From Eubacteriales bacterium (GTDB taxonomy: Bacteria > Bacillota > Clostridia > Oscillospirales > CAG-272), in assembly GCA_045128275.1 (NCBI GenBank), contig JBGVRH010000074.1, forward strand, positions 9,938-73,937: a stretch of DNA of 64,000 nucleotides, written 5' to 3'. The translations under genes were made by a program, and so were the position numbers. The notes under the pieces were generated by a model that saw only the letters and a program-made list of their open reading frames with translations, was not told where the DNA came from and made no database searches. Positions 1-9,728 of this stretch are shown here, piece after piece (within the stretch, counting starts at the first letter, position 1; every line of letters starts with the position of its first letter).

Positions 1-26
1 GAATTGAACGCGCTTCGCACGTTCAC

Positions 27-163
27 GGGCGGCCACATGGGGCCGCCCCTACAAGCAAATCTTATTATGTATCAACAAATTTTTGATTATACTGTTTTTA
101 AAAAAATGTGTGTAGGGGCGACCCCATGTGGTCGCCCGCGGGAGGGGCAAGCCCCTCCCCTAC
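27..163. repeat. REP/REPIN-like GC-rich palindromes flanked by GTAG/CTAC
   Basis: GGGCGGCC-ACATGG-GGCCGCCC-CTAC (27-52). GTAG-GGGCGACC-CCATGT-GGTCGCCC (112-137) lies head-to-head with GGGAGGGGC-AA-GCCCCTCCC-CTAC (140-163). Copies differ by compensatory G/A:C/T arm changes. Confidence 0.5.
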
Positions 164-255
164 AATGGATTTCTGTTACCGACAAACCCAAATTTGTAAA
201 CTTTCCAACCAAAAAAGCCCCGGATCTCTCCGAGGCTTTCTGTCTGTTGCTGTAT

Positions 256-1209
256 TCATTCCATCCTGCCCATGATGTCGTCGATGACGTCAGCCACGGC
301 GGTATAATCCACCTTGGGGAGGAGGAAGGTCTGCTTCCCTTCCCCATCAATGCGGTGGGAGGTGATGCCCTTATCGTCCACCGAGACTTTGCCCCACGGG
401 CGATAATTCCAATAGGTATTGGGTCTGACCGCCTCCAGCACGGCGGTATGATCCCAGCTGCTCCGTCCCACGCCGCCGTTGTGGATGCCGTAGGCCACGG
501 CCACGGGGTTCTCGGGGGCGGTCTCCCCCTTCCAGCCCTTCATGGTGACGATGTAGGTGCCGATCTCGGTGGAGGAGTAGACCAGCTCGCCCGGCCAGAG
601 CTTGGCTACGGTCTGGGCGGCGGGGATGTGGTCGAAGATGTTCCACTCGGTGGTGACGGGGCCGACGTTGTTGATAATGTCGGAGTAGATGACCATGGGC
701 CAGCCCTCGTAGAAGCGGCCGCCCATGACCACGGTGCGGGCTACCTTTTGGGTGATGAGGTCAATGCCATTGAGGGAAGAGTATTCATCAGCCTCACTGG
801 TCACAAGGCGGGCGAGATTGGCCTGGTCACCCACCGTGACGATGGTGACGCTCCCATCCTCGGCCTCGGACAACAGCTTCCGCATGAGGGCGAGGGAGTC
901 GGCGGGGCCGTCGGGGGTACCGATGGAGGCGGCGGGGTAGCGGTTCCCGAAGGTCTCACAGAGGGCTTTCGCGTAGGTATCGGGATTATTGCGGGGGAGG
1001 GTATAGTTGAGGCCTACGGGGACGGGGCGGCCGTAGTAGGTATTGATGGCATCCAGGCAGCCCGCCACGTAGGGGGTCACGTAGCAATGGACGGTGGCCA
1101 GCAGCTCGGCTTCACCCGCGTCGCAGAGGCGGTGGAGAAGGCCGAGGGCACCTGCGTCGTCGCAGTCCCAACCGATGTCGGTGTCGAATATGATCTTGGG
1201 AGTGGGCAT
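256..1209 (-). CDS. inosine-uridine-preferring nucleoside hydrolase family protein
   Basis: ORF 256..1245 trimmed to ATG 1209, which is preceded by AAAGGAG. N-terminal IIFDTDIGWDCDDAGAL matches the DxDxxxDD nucleoside hydrolase motif. Confidence 0.85.
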   Translation of the reverse strand: MPTPKIIFDTDIGWDCDDAGALGLLHRLCDAGEAELLATVHCYVTPYVAGCLDAINTYYGRPVPVGLNYTLPRNNPDTYAKALCETFGNRYPAASIGTPDGPADSLALMRKLLSEAEDGSVTIVTVGDQANLARLVTSEADEYSSLNGIDLITQKVARTVVMGGRFYEGWPMVIYSDIINNVGPVTTEWNIFDHIPAAQTVAKLWPGELVYSSTEIGTYIVTMKGWKGETAPENPVAVAYGIHNGGVGRSSWDHTAVLEAVRPNTYWNYRPWGKVSVDDKGITSHRIDGEGKQTFLLPKVDYTAVADVIDDIMGRME

Positions 1210-1269
1210 GGTGGCTCCTTTCGGGAATGCAAACTGGAAAATCAAGAACGGGGGAATGGGGGTTGATTA

Positions 1270-1299
1270 ATTATAGCACAGATGGAGGCGGATTGTCAA
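1270..1299 (-). promoter_or_regulatory. sigmaA-type promoter for the nucleoside hydrolase gene
   Basis: Minus strand TTGACA (1299-1294), 18 nt, TGcTATAAT (-10 at 1275-1270). Confidence 0.5.
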
Positions 1300-1403
1300 G
1301 GTGGGAAGATGGAAAAGTCCCTCGCGTGAAGACACGTTCCTCTTATCCAGTACCGCCGCCGTTGCACGACAAATCCATAAAACCCATTTTTCTCCTTCCC
1401 CTC

Positions 1404-1432
1404 TTGCAATTCTCACATACCTATGCTATAAT
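1404..1432 (+). promoter_or_regulatory. sigmaA-type promoter with extended -10
   Basis: TTGCAA (1404-1409), 17 nt, TGcTATAAT (-10 at 1427-1432). About 160 nt upstream of the zinc-ribbon gene. Confidence 0.55.
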
Positions 1433-1473
1433 AAAGGCAGCCCCCTATTCTCCGAGAAGGCGAAGGACTCCCC

Positions 1474-1578
1474 ATGTCCGATACCCTGACAGCTGACCGC
1501 TTGAGAGTAGGCTATACCCCCGAGACCTTCCGCATGGTTTACCCCGACGGGGAAACCGTCACCGACCCCGATCATTGA
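1474..1578 (+). CDS. possible 34-aa small protein (MSDTLTADRLRVGYTPETFRMVYPDGETVTDPDH)
   Basis: Below the ORF-track cutoff. ATG 1474 lies 7 nt after GAAGGA, GC-rich third codon positions match the host, stop TGA at 1576-1578. Sits in the leader of the next gene. Confidence 0.3.
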   Translation: MSDTLTADRLRVGYTPETFRMVYPDGETVTDPDH

Positions 1579-1600
1579 CTCTAACAACAGGAGAACATCT

Positions 1601-1888
1601 ATGTTTTGTACCAATTGCGGCAAGCAGATCGCCGACGACTGCAACTTCTGCCCCTACTGCGGTCAAAAGGCCAAGACTCCCCAGCCCGGTGCCATCACCT
1701 CCGACGGCATCCACATCGTTGAGAAGAAGGATCCCCTCTTCCGCATCGAGTGTGAATACTGCCACTGTGTCTTTGAGTACCGCTCCAAGCATCTGGGCTA
1801 TCGCATCTGGTATCCCAGCGGCTTCGTCTACTGCCCCGGCTGCAAAAAGCCCCTTCGCCATCACCCCGAATACGAGGTGAAGGAGTAA
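1601..1888 (+). CDS. zinc-ribbon domain protein
   Basis: RBS CAGGAGA precedes the ATG. CxxC...CxxC at the N-terminus (CTNCG...CPYCG) and C-terminus (CEYCHC...CPGC). Confidence 0.75.
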   Translation: MFCTNCGKQIADDCNFCPYCGQKAKTPQPGAITSDGIHIVEKKDPLFRIECEYCHCVFEYRSKHLGYRIWYPSGFVYCPGCKKPLRHHPEYEVKE

Positions 1889-1934
1889 GGGGTTACGCCC
1901 ATGTAACCCATTGATAGGTAAAGAAAATCAAAAA

Positions 1935-1977
1935 CGGCAGACCGCCCTCGTCATAGGGGACAGTCTGCCGTTTTTTC
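1935..1977 (+). terminator. rho-independent terminator (bidirectional context)
   Basis: CGGCAGAC (1935-42) pairs with GTCTGCCG (1963-70), followed by T6. An A-run upstream could also serve the convergent HAD gene. Confidence 0.7.
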
Positions 1978-2001
1978 GATGATCTCACACAGGTGAAATG
2001 T

Positions 2002-2643
2002 TTACAGGTAGTTCAGGATATCCGACACGCGGGAGATGGTGGGCTTGCCGCAGGCGGTCAGGCGAGCCTCGGATTGGTGACCTCCCGCGAACAAGACACA
2101 ATCTCCGCCCACGGCACCCGCCACCTGAGCATCGTGCTCGGTGTCTCCGATGAACAGAGGTCTGGCCTCGGGATGGCGGCTTTTCCACTCCAAAGCCTGG
2201 GCCTGCTTACTGCGGGCGTGGATGTTATCCAGGCCAATGACCTCATCGAACTCTTGGTACAGACCCAGCCGCTCCAGCTGGGCGGTCAGCATCTCGATCT
2301 TGGTAGCGGATAGGAGGATCTGGGGGATGCCCATGGCCTTGACCGCGCGGATGGTCTCCACCGCGCCCTCGATGGTGGTGCAGGTGGGCTCTCCCTCCAG
2401 GTACATAGCGACCCATTGGGGGGCAAGGATGGTATCGTAGTCGTCCTTCTCAAAGTCAAAGCCCAGACGGCGGTAATACTCGTCGATGGGGAAGCCGAAG
2501 ATCTCGCGGTAGGCCTCCACCGAAGGGATGATGGGCAGGCCACGGTCAGCCAGCATGGTATTGGTACAGCGGATCCCCAGGGTCATATCGTCGAGGATGG
2601 TGCCATTAAAATCCCAAACAAGGTGGGTATACGTGGAGGACAT
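2002..2643 (-). CDS. HAD-superfamily hydrolase (phosphoglycolate phosphatase-like)
   Basis: ORF 2002..2742 trimmed to ATG 2643 after AAAGGAG. N-terminal LVWDFNGTILDD is the HAD motif I (DxDGT-like). Confidence 0.85.
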   Translation of the reverse strand: MSSTYTHLVWDFNGTILDDMTLGIRCTNTMLADRGLPIIPSVEAYREIFGFPIDEYYRRLGFDFEKDDYDTILAPQWVAMYLEGEPTCTTIEGAVETIRAVKAMGIPQILLSATKIEMLTAQLERLGLYQEFDEVIGLDNIHARSKQAQALEWKSRHPEARPLFIGDTEHDAQVAGAVGGDCVLFAGGHQSEARLTACGKPTISRVSDILNYL

Positions 2644-2750
2644 GGCAGGATGCTCCTTTTCAGTGATAGCAAAAGAGCGGTCACGACGTGGCCGCCCTTT
2701 TGTGTATGGATGACGGGGAACCGACACTCGGCGATCCGTCAATTTTGTTT

Positions 2751-5105
2751 TTAGTCCTCGACAGAGGGAGTGTACAGGTAGCCGTAGGTGGTCAGCCAGG
2801 TCTGGTAGACCGTGTAGGGCGAGCTACCCGATGCGTCGGGAGTCTGATCTGCGACCTCAGGGCCAAGAGGAGCCTCGGGATCGTAGGCAGGGTTGACAGC
2901 CTTGTTGAGCTTGGTATCGCCGGCGGAAGCGGAGTGCTTACGGATCAGACCGTCGGAGGTATCGCTCATGAGGCTCATGAGATCCTCCTTGTTGGCGCAC
3001 TCGTTGATCAGAGCCAGGGCCTCAGCGTTCAGCTCCTTGATGTGGTCGATCAGGGCGACATCCAGGCTGTAGTCGCTGTCAGCGGTAGCCAGGTTGAAGT
3101 CAAAGCCCAGCAGGGGGTTGATCAGAGAGTCGTTGTTCTGCACCTTGGCATAGGTCCAGGCATCAGCGCCCAGCTCCTCAGAGGGAGTAGCGATGAAGCA
3201 GTTACCGGTCTTCTCCAGATCCATGCGGTAGATACCGAAGTTCTCGTTGGAAAGGAGCTTGATGGTACCGTCATCGTTGCGCTCGTAGTGCTGGTTCTCG
3301 ATACCGTACTGGAGCAGGTCGCGGAGCTCCTGGTTGGTGTTCAGGTAGGTGATGACCTTCATGGCACGGGACAGGTGGCTGCTGTTGGCGTAGACGGCGA
3401 ACATGTTGCCGTACAGCTCCTCCTCGGTAGCCTCGGGGTACTCAGCGATGACGACGTAGTACTCTCTGCCGTCCTCACCGACGTAGACACCCTTGTCCTC
3501 GTAGTCCTGCTTAATGCGGGAGTCGCCCTTCATGAAGGACACGGCGGCGCGCTGGCCGTCCTTGACCTTACCGTAGTACTCCTGGTACTCATAGTTCTTC
3601 AGGGTAGCGAAGAGCTCATGGTACTCGGTGTTGGTGAACAGGGCGTTGAAGCCCAGGTTGATGCCACCGCGGGTACGGGTAGCGGCATCCTTCATCATAG
3701 CGCCGAGGATGGAGAACTCAGCCTCGGTATCGTAGGAATAATAATAGGTAGGACGGACGTTACCGTCGGCGTCGGTCTTGGTCTCGGCATCAAAGGTGAC
3801 GCGCTTGTCGGTATCGGGAGTGACGGCATCGCCGTTCTCGTCAACCAGGTAGAGAGCGCCCTTGGCGGCCTGATCGTAGGTGTAACGATCCTTCTTCTCG
3901 TCGTAGAGCCAGCCCTTCTCGGCATCCACCTCGAAGTGGTAGTTCAGAACGTTACCGGCGGCATCCACGAACTGACCGGCGGCGTTGGTCTTGTAGAGAA
4001 CGTCGGGCTCGACCAGAGCGGAGATGCGGGTCTCCTTCTTGGTAGAGGTCTCGCCGTTGGCGTCGGTGGTCTCGATGGTGACCTCGTACTGGTGCTGCAG
4101 CACGTAGTAGCGACCGGTCTCCTCATCGAAGTGCATCTTGTAGACAGACTGATCGGTATAGGACAGATCCCAGTACCAGCAGAGCATCTTCATGCACTCC
4201 TCGTAGGTGGAGGCCAGGGGAACCACGTAGCCCTCATCCTCGGGAGTCTTGTCGCCGTTGTAGTTCTTGACGTCGTTCAGGAAGACCTCCAGATCCAGCA
4301 CGGAGCCGACCTTGTCGATCTTCTGATAGTAGGTGTCGAAGAGCTCCTTGTCGATCATCATGTAGGTGTACTCGCCGATCGGCACGTTGTTGGGGATGGC
4401 GTAGACACCGCCCTCGATCTGCACACCGTTGAGCAGGGAGGAGGAGATGTAGGTGGTGAGCTTCTTAGAAGAGGTAGACAGCTCCTCGCTCAGGGAGGAG
4501 AGGTACTCCTTCTCGTAGTACTCCATGTACTTATCGTAGCCGGACAGGTAGAAGATATCGACCTGGTTCTCCTTGGGATCGGGATACTTGATCTCGGTGA
4601 TACCGAACTCGTTGACGATGGTCTCCTCCTCGGTCTCGGGAGCGTCCTCGTCCTCCTCTTCCTCCTCAGCCTTCTGGAACTGCTGATACTCGGGGTGAGC
4701 GGCATAGAACTCGGCGGTCAGGGTGGCGTTATCCTTACCCTCGCCCTTGTGAGCCTTGATGTACTGTCTCAGCTCCTTGGCGCATCTGGCCTCCAGCTCG
4801 ATGAGATCCTGGGCGGCCTTGATGGCACCCTCCAGCTTATCGTAGTACTCGTCCTCGGTGCAGAACTGAATAACCACGTTGGTCTTGAACTTAGCCTTGG
4901 TGATCTTGGCGAAGGCCTCGTTGACAGCCTCCTTGGCCTCGTCGGTGGTCTCGTCCTCGGTGACGACCCACATGGTGATGGTCTTCGCGCTGTTGTCAAC
5001 CGTCTCGCCTTCCTCTTCGGTAGAGGTCTTGGGCGTACAGCTGGCGAAAACGCAGGTCAGCAACATCAATATGCTCAGAGTCAAGCATACGAGTTTCTTG
5101 TTCAT
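2751..5105 (-). CDS. large extracellular solute-binding-like lipoprotein
   Basis: AGGAGG RBS. Signal peptide with lipobox (LLTCVFASC). SBP-like features (ITMWVV, DIFYLSGYDKY). Acidic low-complexity insert. Confidence 0.75.
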   Translation of the reverse strand: MNKKLVCLTLSILMLLTCVFASCTPKTSTEEEGETVDNSAKTITMWVVTEDETTDEAKEAVNEAFAKITKAKFKTNVVIQFCTEDEYYDKLEGAIKAAQDLIELEARCAKELRQYIKAHKGEGKDNATLTAEFYAAHPEYQQFQKAEEEEEDEDAPETEEETIVNEFGITEIKYPDPKENQVDIFYLSGYDKYMEYYEKEYLSSLSEELSTSSKKLTTYISSSLLNGVQIEGGVYAIPNNVPIGEYTYMMIDKELFDTYYQKIDKVGSVLDLEVFLNDVKNYNGDKTPEDEGYVVPLASTYEECMKMLCWYWDLSYTDQSVYKMHFDEETGRYYVLQHQYEVTIETTDANGETSTKKETRISALVEPDVLYKTNAAGQFVDAAGNVLNYHFEVDAEKGWLYDEKKDRYTYDQAAKGALYLVDENGDAVTPDTDKRVTFDAETKTDADGNVRPTYYYSYDTEAEFSILGAMMKDAATRTRGGINLGFNALFTNTEYHELFATLKNYEYQEYYGKVKDGQRAAVSFMKGDSRIKQDYEDKGVYVGEDGREYYVVIAEYPEATEEELYGNMFAVYANSSHLSRAMKVITYLNTNQELRDLLQYGIENQHYERNDDGTIKLLSNENFGIYRMDLEKTGNCFIATPSEELGADAWTYAKVQNNDSLINPLLGFDFNLATADSDYSLDVALIDHIKELNAEALALINECANKEDLMSLMSDTSDGLIRKHSASAGDTKLNKAVNPAYDPEAPLGPEVADQTPDASGSSPYTVYQTWLTTYGYLYTPSVED

Positions 5106-5171
5106 ACTGGTTCCTCCTTGTGCGTTCCCCGCACGAAAGCATGGTACGGGTACGCGATTTTATACCTACAT

Positions 5172-5200
5172 ATTTTACACTATTTTTGTGAATCTGTCAA
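5172..5200 (-). promoter_or_regulatory. sigmaA-type promoter for the lipoprotein gene
   Basis: Minus strand TTGACA (5200-5195), 17 nt, TAAAAT (5177-5172). Confidence 0.55.
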
Positions 5201-5429
5201 GTGAAAATTTTGAACACTTATGAACATCGGAAGTTTTTCGTAAGCCCATTTGGACGAGCCTCCGAAAAATCATCAACCGTTTTGATACACAAGCAACAAT
5301 TTTCATCAAGCGCAATTGTAACAAACGCCGATTTTGTTGTGCAAACCGCCGTTTTTGATACACGCCGATTCAGCCGAATCACGAAAAATTTCGTTCTTCG
5401 GTCAAAGGAGTGCCGTCAAACCTGCCAAA

Positions 5430-6578
5430 TCAGTCCAAAAAGCCCTTCAGATGGCGGGCACGGCTGGGATGGCGGAGCTTACGGAGAGCCTTAGCCTCGA
5501 TCTGGCGGATACGCTCACGGGTGATATCGAACTCCTTACCCACCTCCTCGAGGGTGCGGGTGCGGCCGTCGTAGAGGCCGAAGCGGAGCTTGATGACGTG
5601 CTCCTCGCGGGGGGTCAGGGTGTGAAGCTCGCGCTCGATGACCTCGCGGAGGATGGTCTGGGAGGCGGCGTCGGCGGGAGCGGGGGTGTCCTCGTCCTGG
5701 ATGAAGTCGCCGAGGTGGGAGTCCTCCTCCTCACCGATGGGGGTCTCCAGGGAGACGGGATCCTGGGCGATCTTCATGATCTCGCGAACCTTCTCAGCGC
5801 TCATGCCCATCTTCTCACCGATCTCCTCGGCGGTAGCCTCGCGGCCGTACTCCTGGAGGAGCTGGCGGGAGTAGCGGGACACCTTGTGAATGGTCTCCAC
5901 CATGTGAACGGGGATACGGATGGTTCTGGCCTGATCCGCGATGGCGCGGGTGATGGCCTGGCGGATCCACCAGGTGGCGTAGGTGGAGAACTTGTAGCCC
6001 TTGGTGTAGTCGAACTTGTCCACGGCCTTCATCAGACCCAGGTTACCCTCCTGAATAAGATCAAGGAAGAACATGCCGCGGCCCACGTAGCGCTTGGCGA
6101 TGGAGACAACCAGACGGAGGTTAGCCTCCACCAACGCCTTCTTGGCCTCGATATCACCCTCGGCCATGCGCTCGGCCAGCTCATGCTCACGCTCGGAGGT
6201 GAGAAGCGGCACGCGACCGATCTCCTTCAGGTAGAGGCGGACAGGGTCATCCACCAGGCCCTCCTGCTCCAGGATGCGCTGCATATTCTCGCTGTTGCCG
6301 AACTGCTCCACCTCGTTCTCGATCTCGCTCATCTCGGAGCCGGACAGCTCGGGAAGCGGGATGCCGCTGTCCTCCAGGGACTCGTAGAGCTTGTCCAGGG
6401 AGTCAATATCGTAATCGTTCTCCTCCAGAACCGCGTCCAGATCGCTCTCGGAGAGCTTGCCCTTCTTGCCCTTGGCAACCAGATCGTTCATCTTGGCAGC
6501 CTTCTCGGCCTCAGCCTTGGCGGCGGCCTTGCTCATAGGCTCGTCGATCTCATCGACGTTCAGATTCTTCTTTTCCAT
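5430..6578 (-). CDS. rpoD: RNA polymerase primary sigma factor
   Basis: Region 2-4 motifs ([30 protein letters not shown]; [30 protein letters not shown]). RBS AAAGGAAG. Confidence 0.95.
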   Translation of the reverse strand: MEKKNLNVDEIDEPMSKAAAKAEAEKAAKMNDLVAKGKKGKLSESDLDAVLEENDYDIDSLDKLYESLEDSGIPLPELSGSEMSEIENEVEQFGNSENMQRILEQEGLVDDPVRLYLKEIGRVPLLTSEREHELAERMAEGDIEAKKALVEANLRLVVSIAKRYVGRGMFFLDLIQEGNLGLMKAVDKFDYTKGYKFSTYATWWIRQAITRAIADQARTIRIPVHMVETIHKVSRYSRQLLQEYGREATAEEIGEKMGMSAEKVREIMKIAQDPVSLETPIGEEEDSHLGDFIQDEDTPAPADAASQTILREVIERELHTLTPREEHVIKLRFGLYDGRTRTLEEVGKEFDITRERIRQIEAKALRKLRHPSRARHLKGFLD

Positions 6579-6647
6579 GTTTTCGTACTTCCTTTCTGTC
6601 CCGCCTCGCGGGATTCTTAACGGTTGATTTATTTTTAAACTTATGGT

Positions 6648-8447
6648 TTACGAATTGTCATTGGAATCGTCCTTCCGGCGCTTCCGTTTGCCCGCCAGGA
6701 TCATGTGGATGCTATCCACGGGGGCGGCCTCCTTGGCGGCTCGGCTTTCCTTGGCCTCTGCCAGAGTCTCGGCGGCGGCGCGCAGTACCGAGGTTCCGTT
6801 CTCGGACAATGCCCGTCTTGCCTGCTCCAGCCTGGCCAGCCGTCCCATTTCCTCCACCGAGAAATACTCCCCGAGGAGGGCGAAGTCGAAGCCTCCGTCG
6901 GAGTCCTCCAGGGTCATGATGACGGTGAAGGCATTGCGGTGGAAGGCGGTGACAAAGCTGTCGCGGGTCAGAGGGATCTGCCCCGTGGCCACGGCCTTGC
7001 GGTGCTCACCGTAGAGCAGGAGCAGGCCCAGGATGGCCTCCTCGGCGGCGGCGGCGCGGATGTTGCCCGCGGCCTCGGGGTTGACCTTGTCCCGAATACC
7101 CATGGCGGACAGGCGTGCCTGCTGGCTCTCCTGTTGCTTCCCTTCCTTCATATTGCGGCGGATGGCGGAATCCACGTCCTTGCGGAGGCTGTCCTCGCTG
7201 AGGGACAACCGCTCGGCCACGGCGTGGATGTAGACCTCCCGCTCGGCGGAGGAGTAGACCTTGGATATGATGGAGCAAAGCTCGGCGGCGGCCTTGATCT
7301 TCTCGTCGGGAATGGTCAGATCGTGCTTGGCCAGAACCGACTGGAGCTTGAACTCAAAGCCCGTGCGGCTGTTCTTGATGAGCTGGCGGAATTTCTCCGC
7401 GCCGAATTTCTTGATATACTCGTCGGGGTCCTTGGCTCCCTGCATTTGCAGGATGCGGACGTCCAGCCCCACCTTGGCGAAGATGCCCATGGCGCGGTGG
7501 GCGGCGCGTTGGCCCGCCTCGTCGGAGTCGTAGGCCAGAATGACCTGCTTGGTGTACTTGGCCAGAATCCGCGCCTGCTCGTCGGTGAGAGCCGTACCCA
7601 GGGAGGCCACGGCGTTCTCAAAGCCCGCGGCGTGGAGGGAGACCACGTCGATGTTGCCCTCGCAGAGGATGAGCTGCTCGGCGCAATGGTTCTTGGCGAA
7701 GTTCAGAGCGAAGAGGTTCCTGCGCTTCTGGAAGGCGGGGGTATCCGAGCTGTTGACGTACTTGCGATTATCCTGTCCCCCCACGTCACGGCCCGAGAAG
7801 GCAATGACGTTGCCGGTGTTGTCGATGACGGGGAACATGACGCGGTCGCGGAACATATCGAAGGCCCGCCCCGACTTCTGACTGATGCCGCAGAGGAAGG
7901 CTTCCTTCATCTCCTCGTCGGAGTATCCGTTCTTCCGCAGAACGGCGGTCAGCGCGCCGAAATCGTTGGGCGCGTAGCCGATGCCGAAGCGGCGGATGAT
8001 GGACAGGGGGAGTCCGCGCTTTTCGGTGAGGTAGTCCATGCCGACCTTGCCGATATTGGGGTCGAAGAGGCACTCCCGCCAGAAGCGGGCGGCGATGAGG
8101 TTCATCTCAAAGACCCGCTTGCGGGACACGCCCCGCCGCTCCTCACGGCCGTCGGTGGGCAGCTCCACACCGCCTCGCTTGGCTAAAAATTCTATGGCAC
8201 CCTTATAATCCAGGTTCTCGGTGCGCATAATAAAGGTGAAGGCGTCACCGCCCGCCTCGCAGCCGAAGCAGAAGAAGGACTGGTTATCGGGGAACACCGT
8301 AAAGGAGGGTGTTTTCTCGCTGTGGAAGGGGCAAAGGCCGTTGTAGTTGGAGCCCGCCCGCTTGAGGGAGACGTAGGTACCGATCAGATCCACGATGTCC
8401 GACCGATCCTTGATGGCCTCCACGATCTCTCTGGGGTACATACTCAT
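6648..8447 (-). CDS. dnaG: DNA primase
   Basis: N-terminal zinc finger (CPFHSEKTPSFTV...FFCFGC) and TOPRIM region (LCEGNIDVVSL). The ATGA start overlaps the upstream stop. Confidence 0.95.
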   Translation of the reverse strand: MSMYPREIVEAIKDRSDIVDLIGTYVSLKRAGSNYNGLCPFHSEKTPSFTVFPDNQSFFCFGCEAGGDAFTFIMRTENLDYKGAIEFLAKRGGVELPTDGREERRGVSRKRVFEMNLIAARFWRECLFDPNIGKVGMDYLTEKRGLPLSIIRRFGIGYAPNDFGALTAVLRKNGYSDEEMKEAFLCGISQKSGRAFDMFRDRVMFPVIDNTGNVIAFSGRDVGGQDNRKYVNSSDTPAFQKRRNLFALNFAKNHCAEQLILCEGNIDVVSLHAAGFENAVASLGTALTDEQARILAKYTKQVILAYDSDEAGQRAAHRAMGIFAKVGLDVRILQMQGAKDPDEYIKKFGAEKFRQLIKNSRTGFEFKLQSVLAKHDLTIPDEKIKAAAELCSIISKVYSSAEREVYIHAVAERLSLSEDSLRKDVDSAIRRNMKEGKQQESQQARLSAMGIRDKVNPEAAGNIRAAAAEEAILGLLLLYGEHRKAVATGQIPLTRDSFVTAFHRNAFTVIMTLEDSDGGFDFALLGEYFSVEEMGRLARLEQARRALSENGTSVLRAAAETLAEAKESRAAKEAAPVDSIHMILAGKRKRRKDDSNDNS

Positions 8448-9469
8448 TCGTGCAACCCCCTCCAGACCCTGGGAACGAAGCGCTCCTGATAGGTCTCAAT
8501 GGCGTAACGGTCGGTCATGCCCGAGATGAAGTCGGCGACCGATCTCTCCACCGTCTCCCCCTCGGCGGTACCGATGCGCTTCTTGTAGCGCTCGGGGAGC
8601 CTGTCGGGGTTGGTGACGTAGTGGGTGAACAGGGCGTAGACCACTTCCTTGGCCTTGGTCTCCTCCCCCTTGGCTACGGGGTTTCGGTAGACCCGCTCAA
8701 AGAGGAAGGCGCGGAGGGCGGCGGTGGCCTCTTGAATCTCGGGGGTCATGGAAATCGTGGGGCTGTTCTCGGAGGCCGTGACCACCGACATGACCATGGT
8801 ATTGATGCGCTCGCCGTGGGTCTCTCCCAGCACCGAGGTGATCTCGGCAGGGAGGTCAGCCTGGGACAGGATGCCCGCGCGGATGGCGTCGTCGATGTCG
8901 TGATTGATGTAGGCGATGCGGTCGGCGAACTTGATGAGCTGACCCTCGGGGGTGGCGGCCACCGAGTCTCCCGTGTGGTTGACGATGGCATCCCGCACCT
9001 CCCAGCAGAGGTTGAGGCCGCGGCCGTTCTTTTCCAGCTTCTCCACCACCCGCAAACTCTGGCGGTAGTGGGCGAAGCTCTCATCGTAACAGCGGGTCAG
9101 CGCGTCCTCTCCCGCGTGGCCGAAGGGGGTGTGGCCGAGATCGTGTCCCAGGGCGGCGGCCTCGGTGAGGTCTTCGTTCAACCGAAGGGCGCGGGCCATG
9201 GTGCGGGCGATCTGGGTGACCTCCAGGGTGTGGGTCAGGCGGGTGCGGTAGTGATCCCCCGCAGGGGCGAGGAACACTTGGGTCTTGTACATGAGGCGGC
9301 GGAAGGACTGGCAATGGATGATGCGGTCACGGTCGCGCTGGAACTCGCTCCGCAGAGGGCAAGGCTCCATGGGATGCTCCCGTCCGCGGGAGGCGGAGGA
9401 TCGGGTAGCCACAGGGGACAAAAGCAGGGTCTCCCGCTCGTCCATCCATTGGTGGAGGTTCATATCCAT
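8444..9469 (-). CDS. dgt: dGTP triphosphohydrolase-like HD-domain protein
   Basis: FQRDRDRIIHCQSFRRL and HD motif (HTLEV...GHDLGHTPFGH). First gene of the dgt-dnaG-rpoD arrangement. Confidence 0.9.
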   Translation of the reverse strand: MDMNLHQWMDERETLLLSPVATRSSASRGREHPMEPCPLRSEFQRDRDRIIHCQSFRRLMYKTQVFLAPAGDHYRTRLTHTLEVTQIARTMARALRLNEDLTEAAALGHDLGHTPFGHAGEDALTRCYDESFAHYRQSLRVVEKLEKNGRGLNLCWEVRDAIVNHTGDSVAATPEGQLIKFADRIAYINHDIDDAIRAGILSQADLPAEITSVLGETHGERINTMVMSVVTASENSPTISMTPEIQEATAALRAFLFERVYRNPVAKGEETKAKEVVYALFTHYVTNPDRLPERYKKRIGTAEGETVERSVADFISGMTDRYAIETYQERFVPRVWRGLHE

Positions 9470-9728
9470 GTGTTCCTTCCTTTCTGCCGGCCCGTAGGGG
9501 TGGCTTTTTTCTTTCCATCTATAATATACGCAAATGTTTTGCGTTTTACTTTTATTTTTTGCGGGAATTTGCGATTTTTGTGGAATTTTTTTCTAATTCA
9601 TAATTTTTTTGTTTGACGAAAAACAATTGTTCGAAGAAAAGCAGTTTTTTGAGAGATTTTATCTCAAGCGGAAGTAATTTGTCGGTTTTTTGCGTATATT
9701 ATGGGTGAAGGCGAAAGGAGGTCTCCAT

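Noticed and set aside
2688-5204. Very long ORFs antisense to real genes: 4..1266+, 2688..5204+, 5334..6620+, 6705..8186+, 8450..9616+, 19156..22212-, 29013..30590-, 43363..45585+, 50083..52284-, 54712..56199- and 60253..62625+.
   Set aside because: These are shadow ORFs typical of GC-rich DNA. Their translations are Gly/Val/Asp/His/Leu low-complexity sequence. They lack RBSs and recognisable motifs, and the opposite strand carries well-supported genes.
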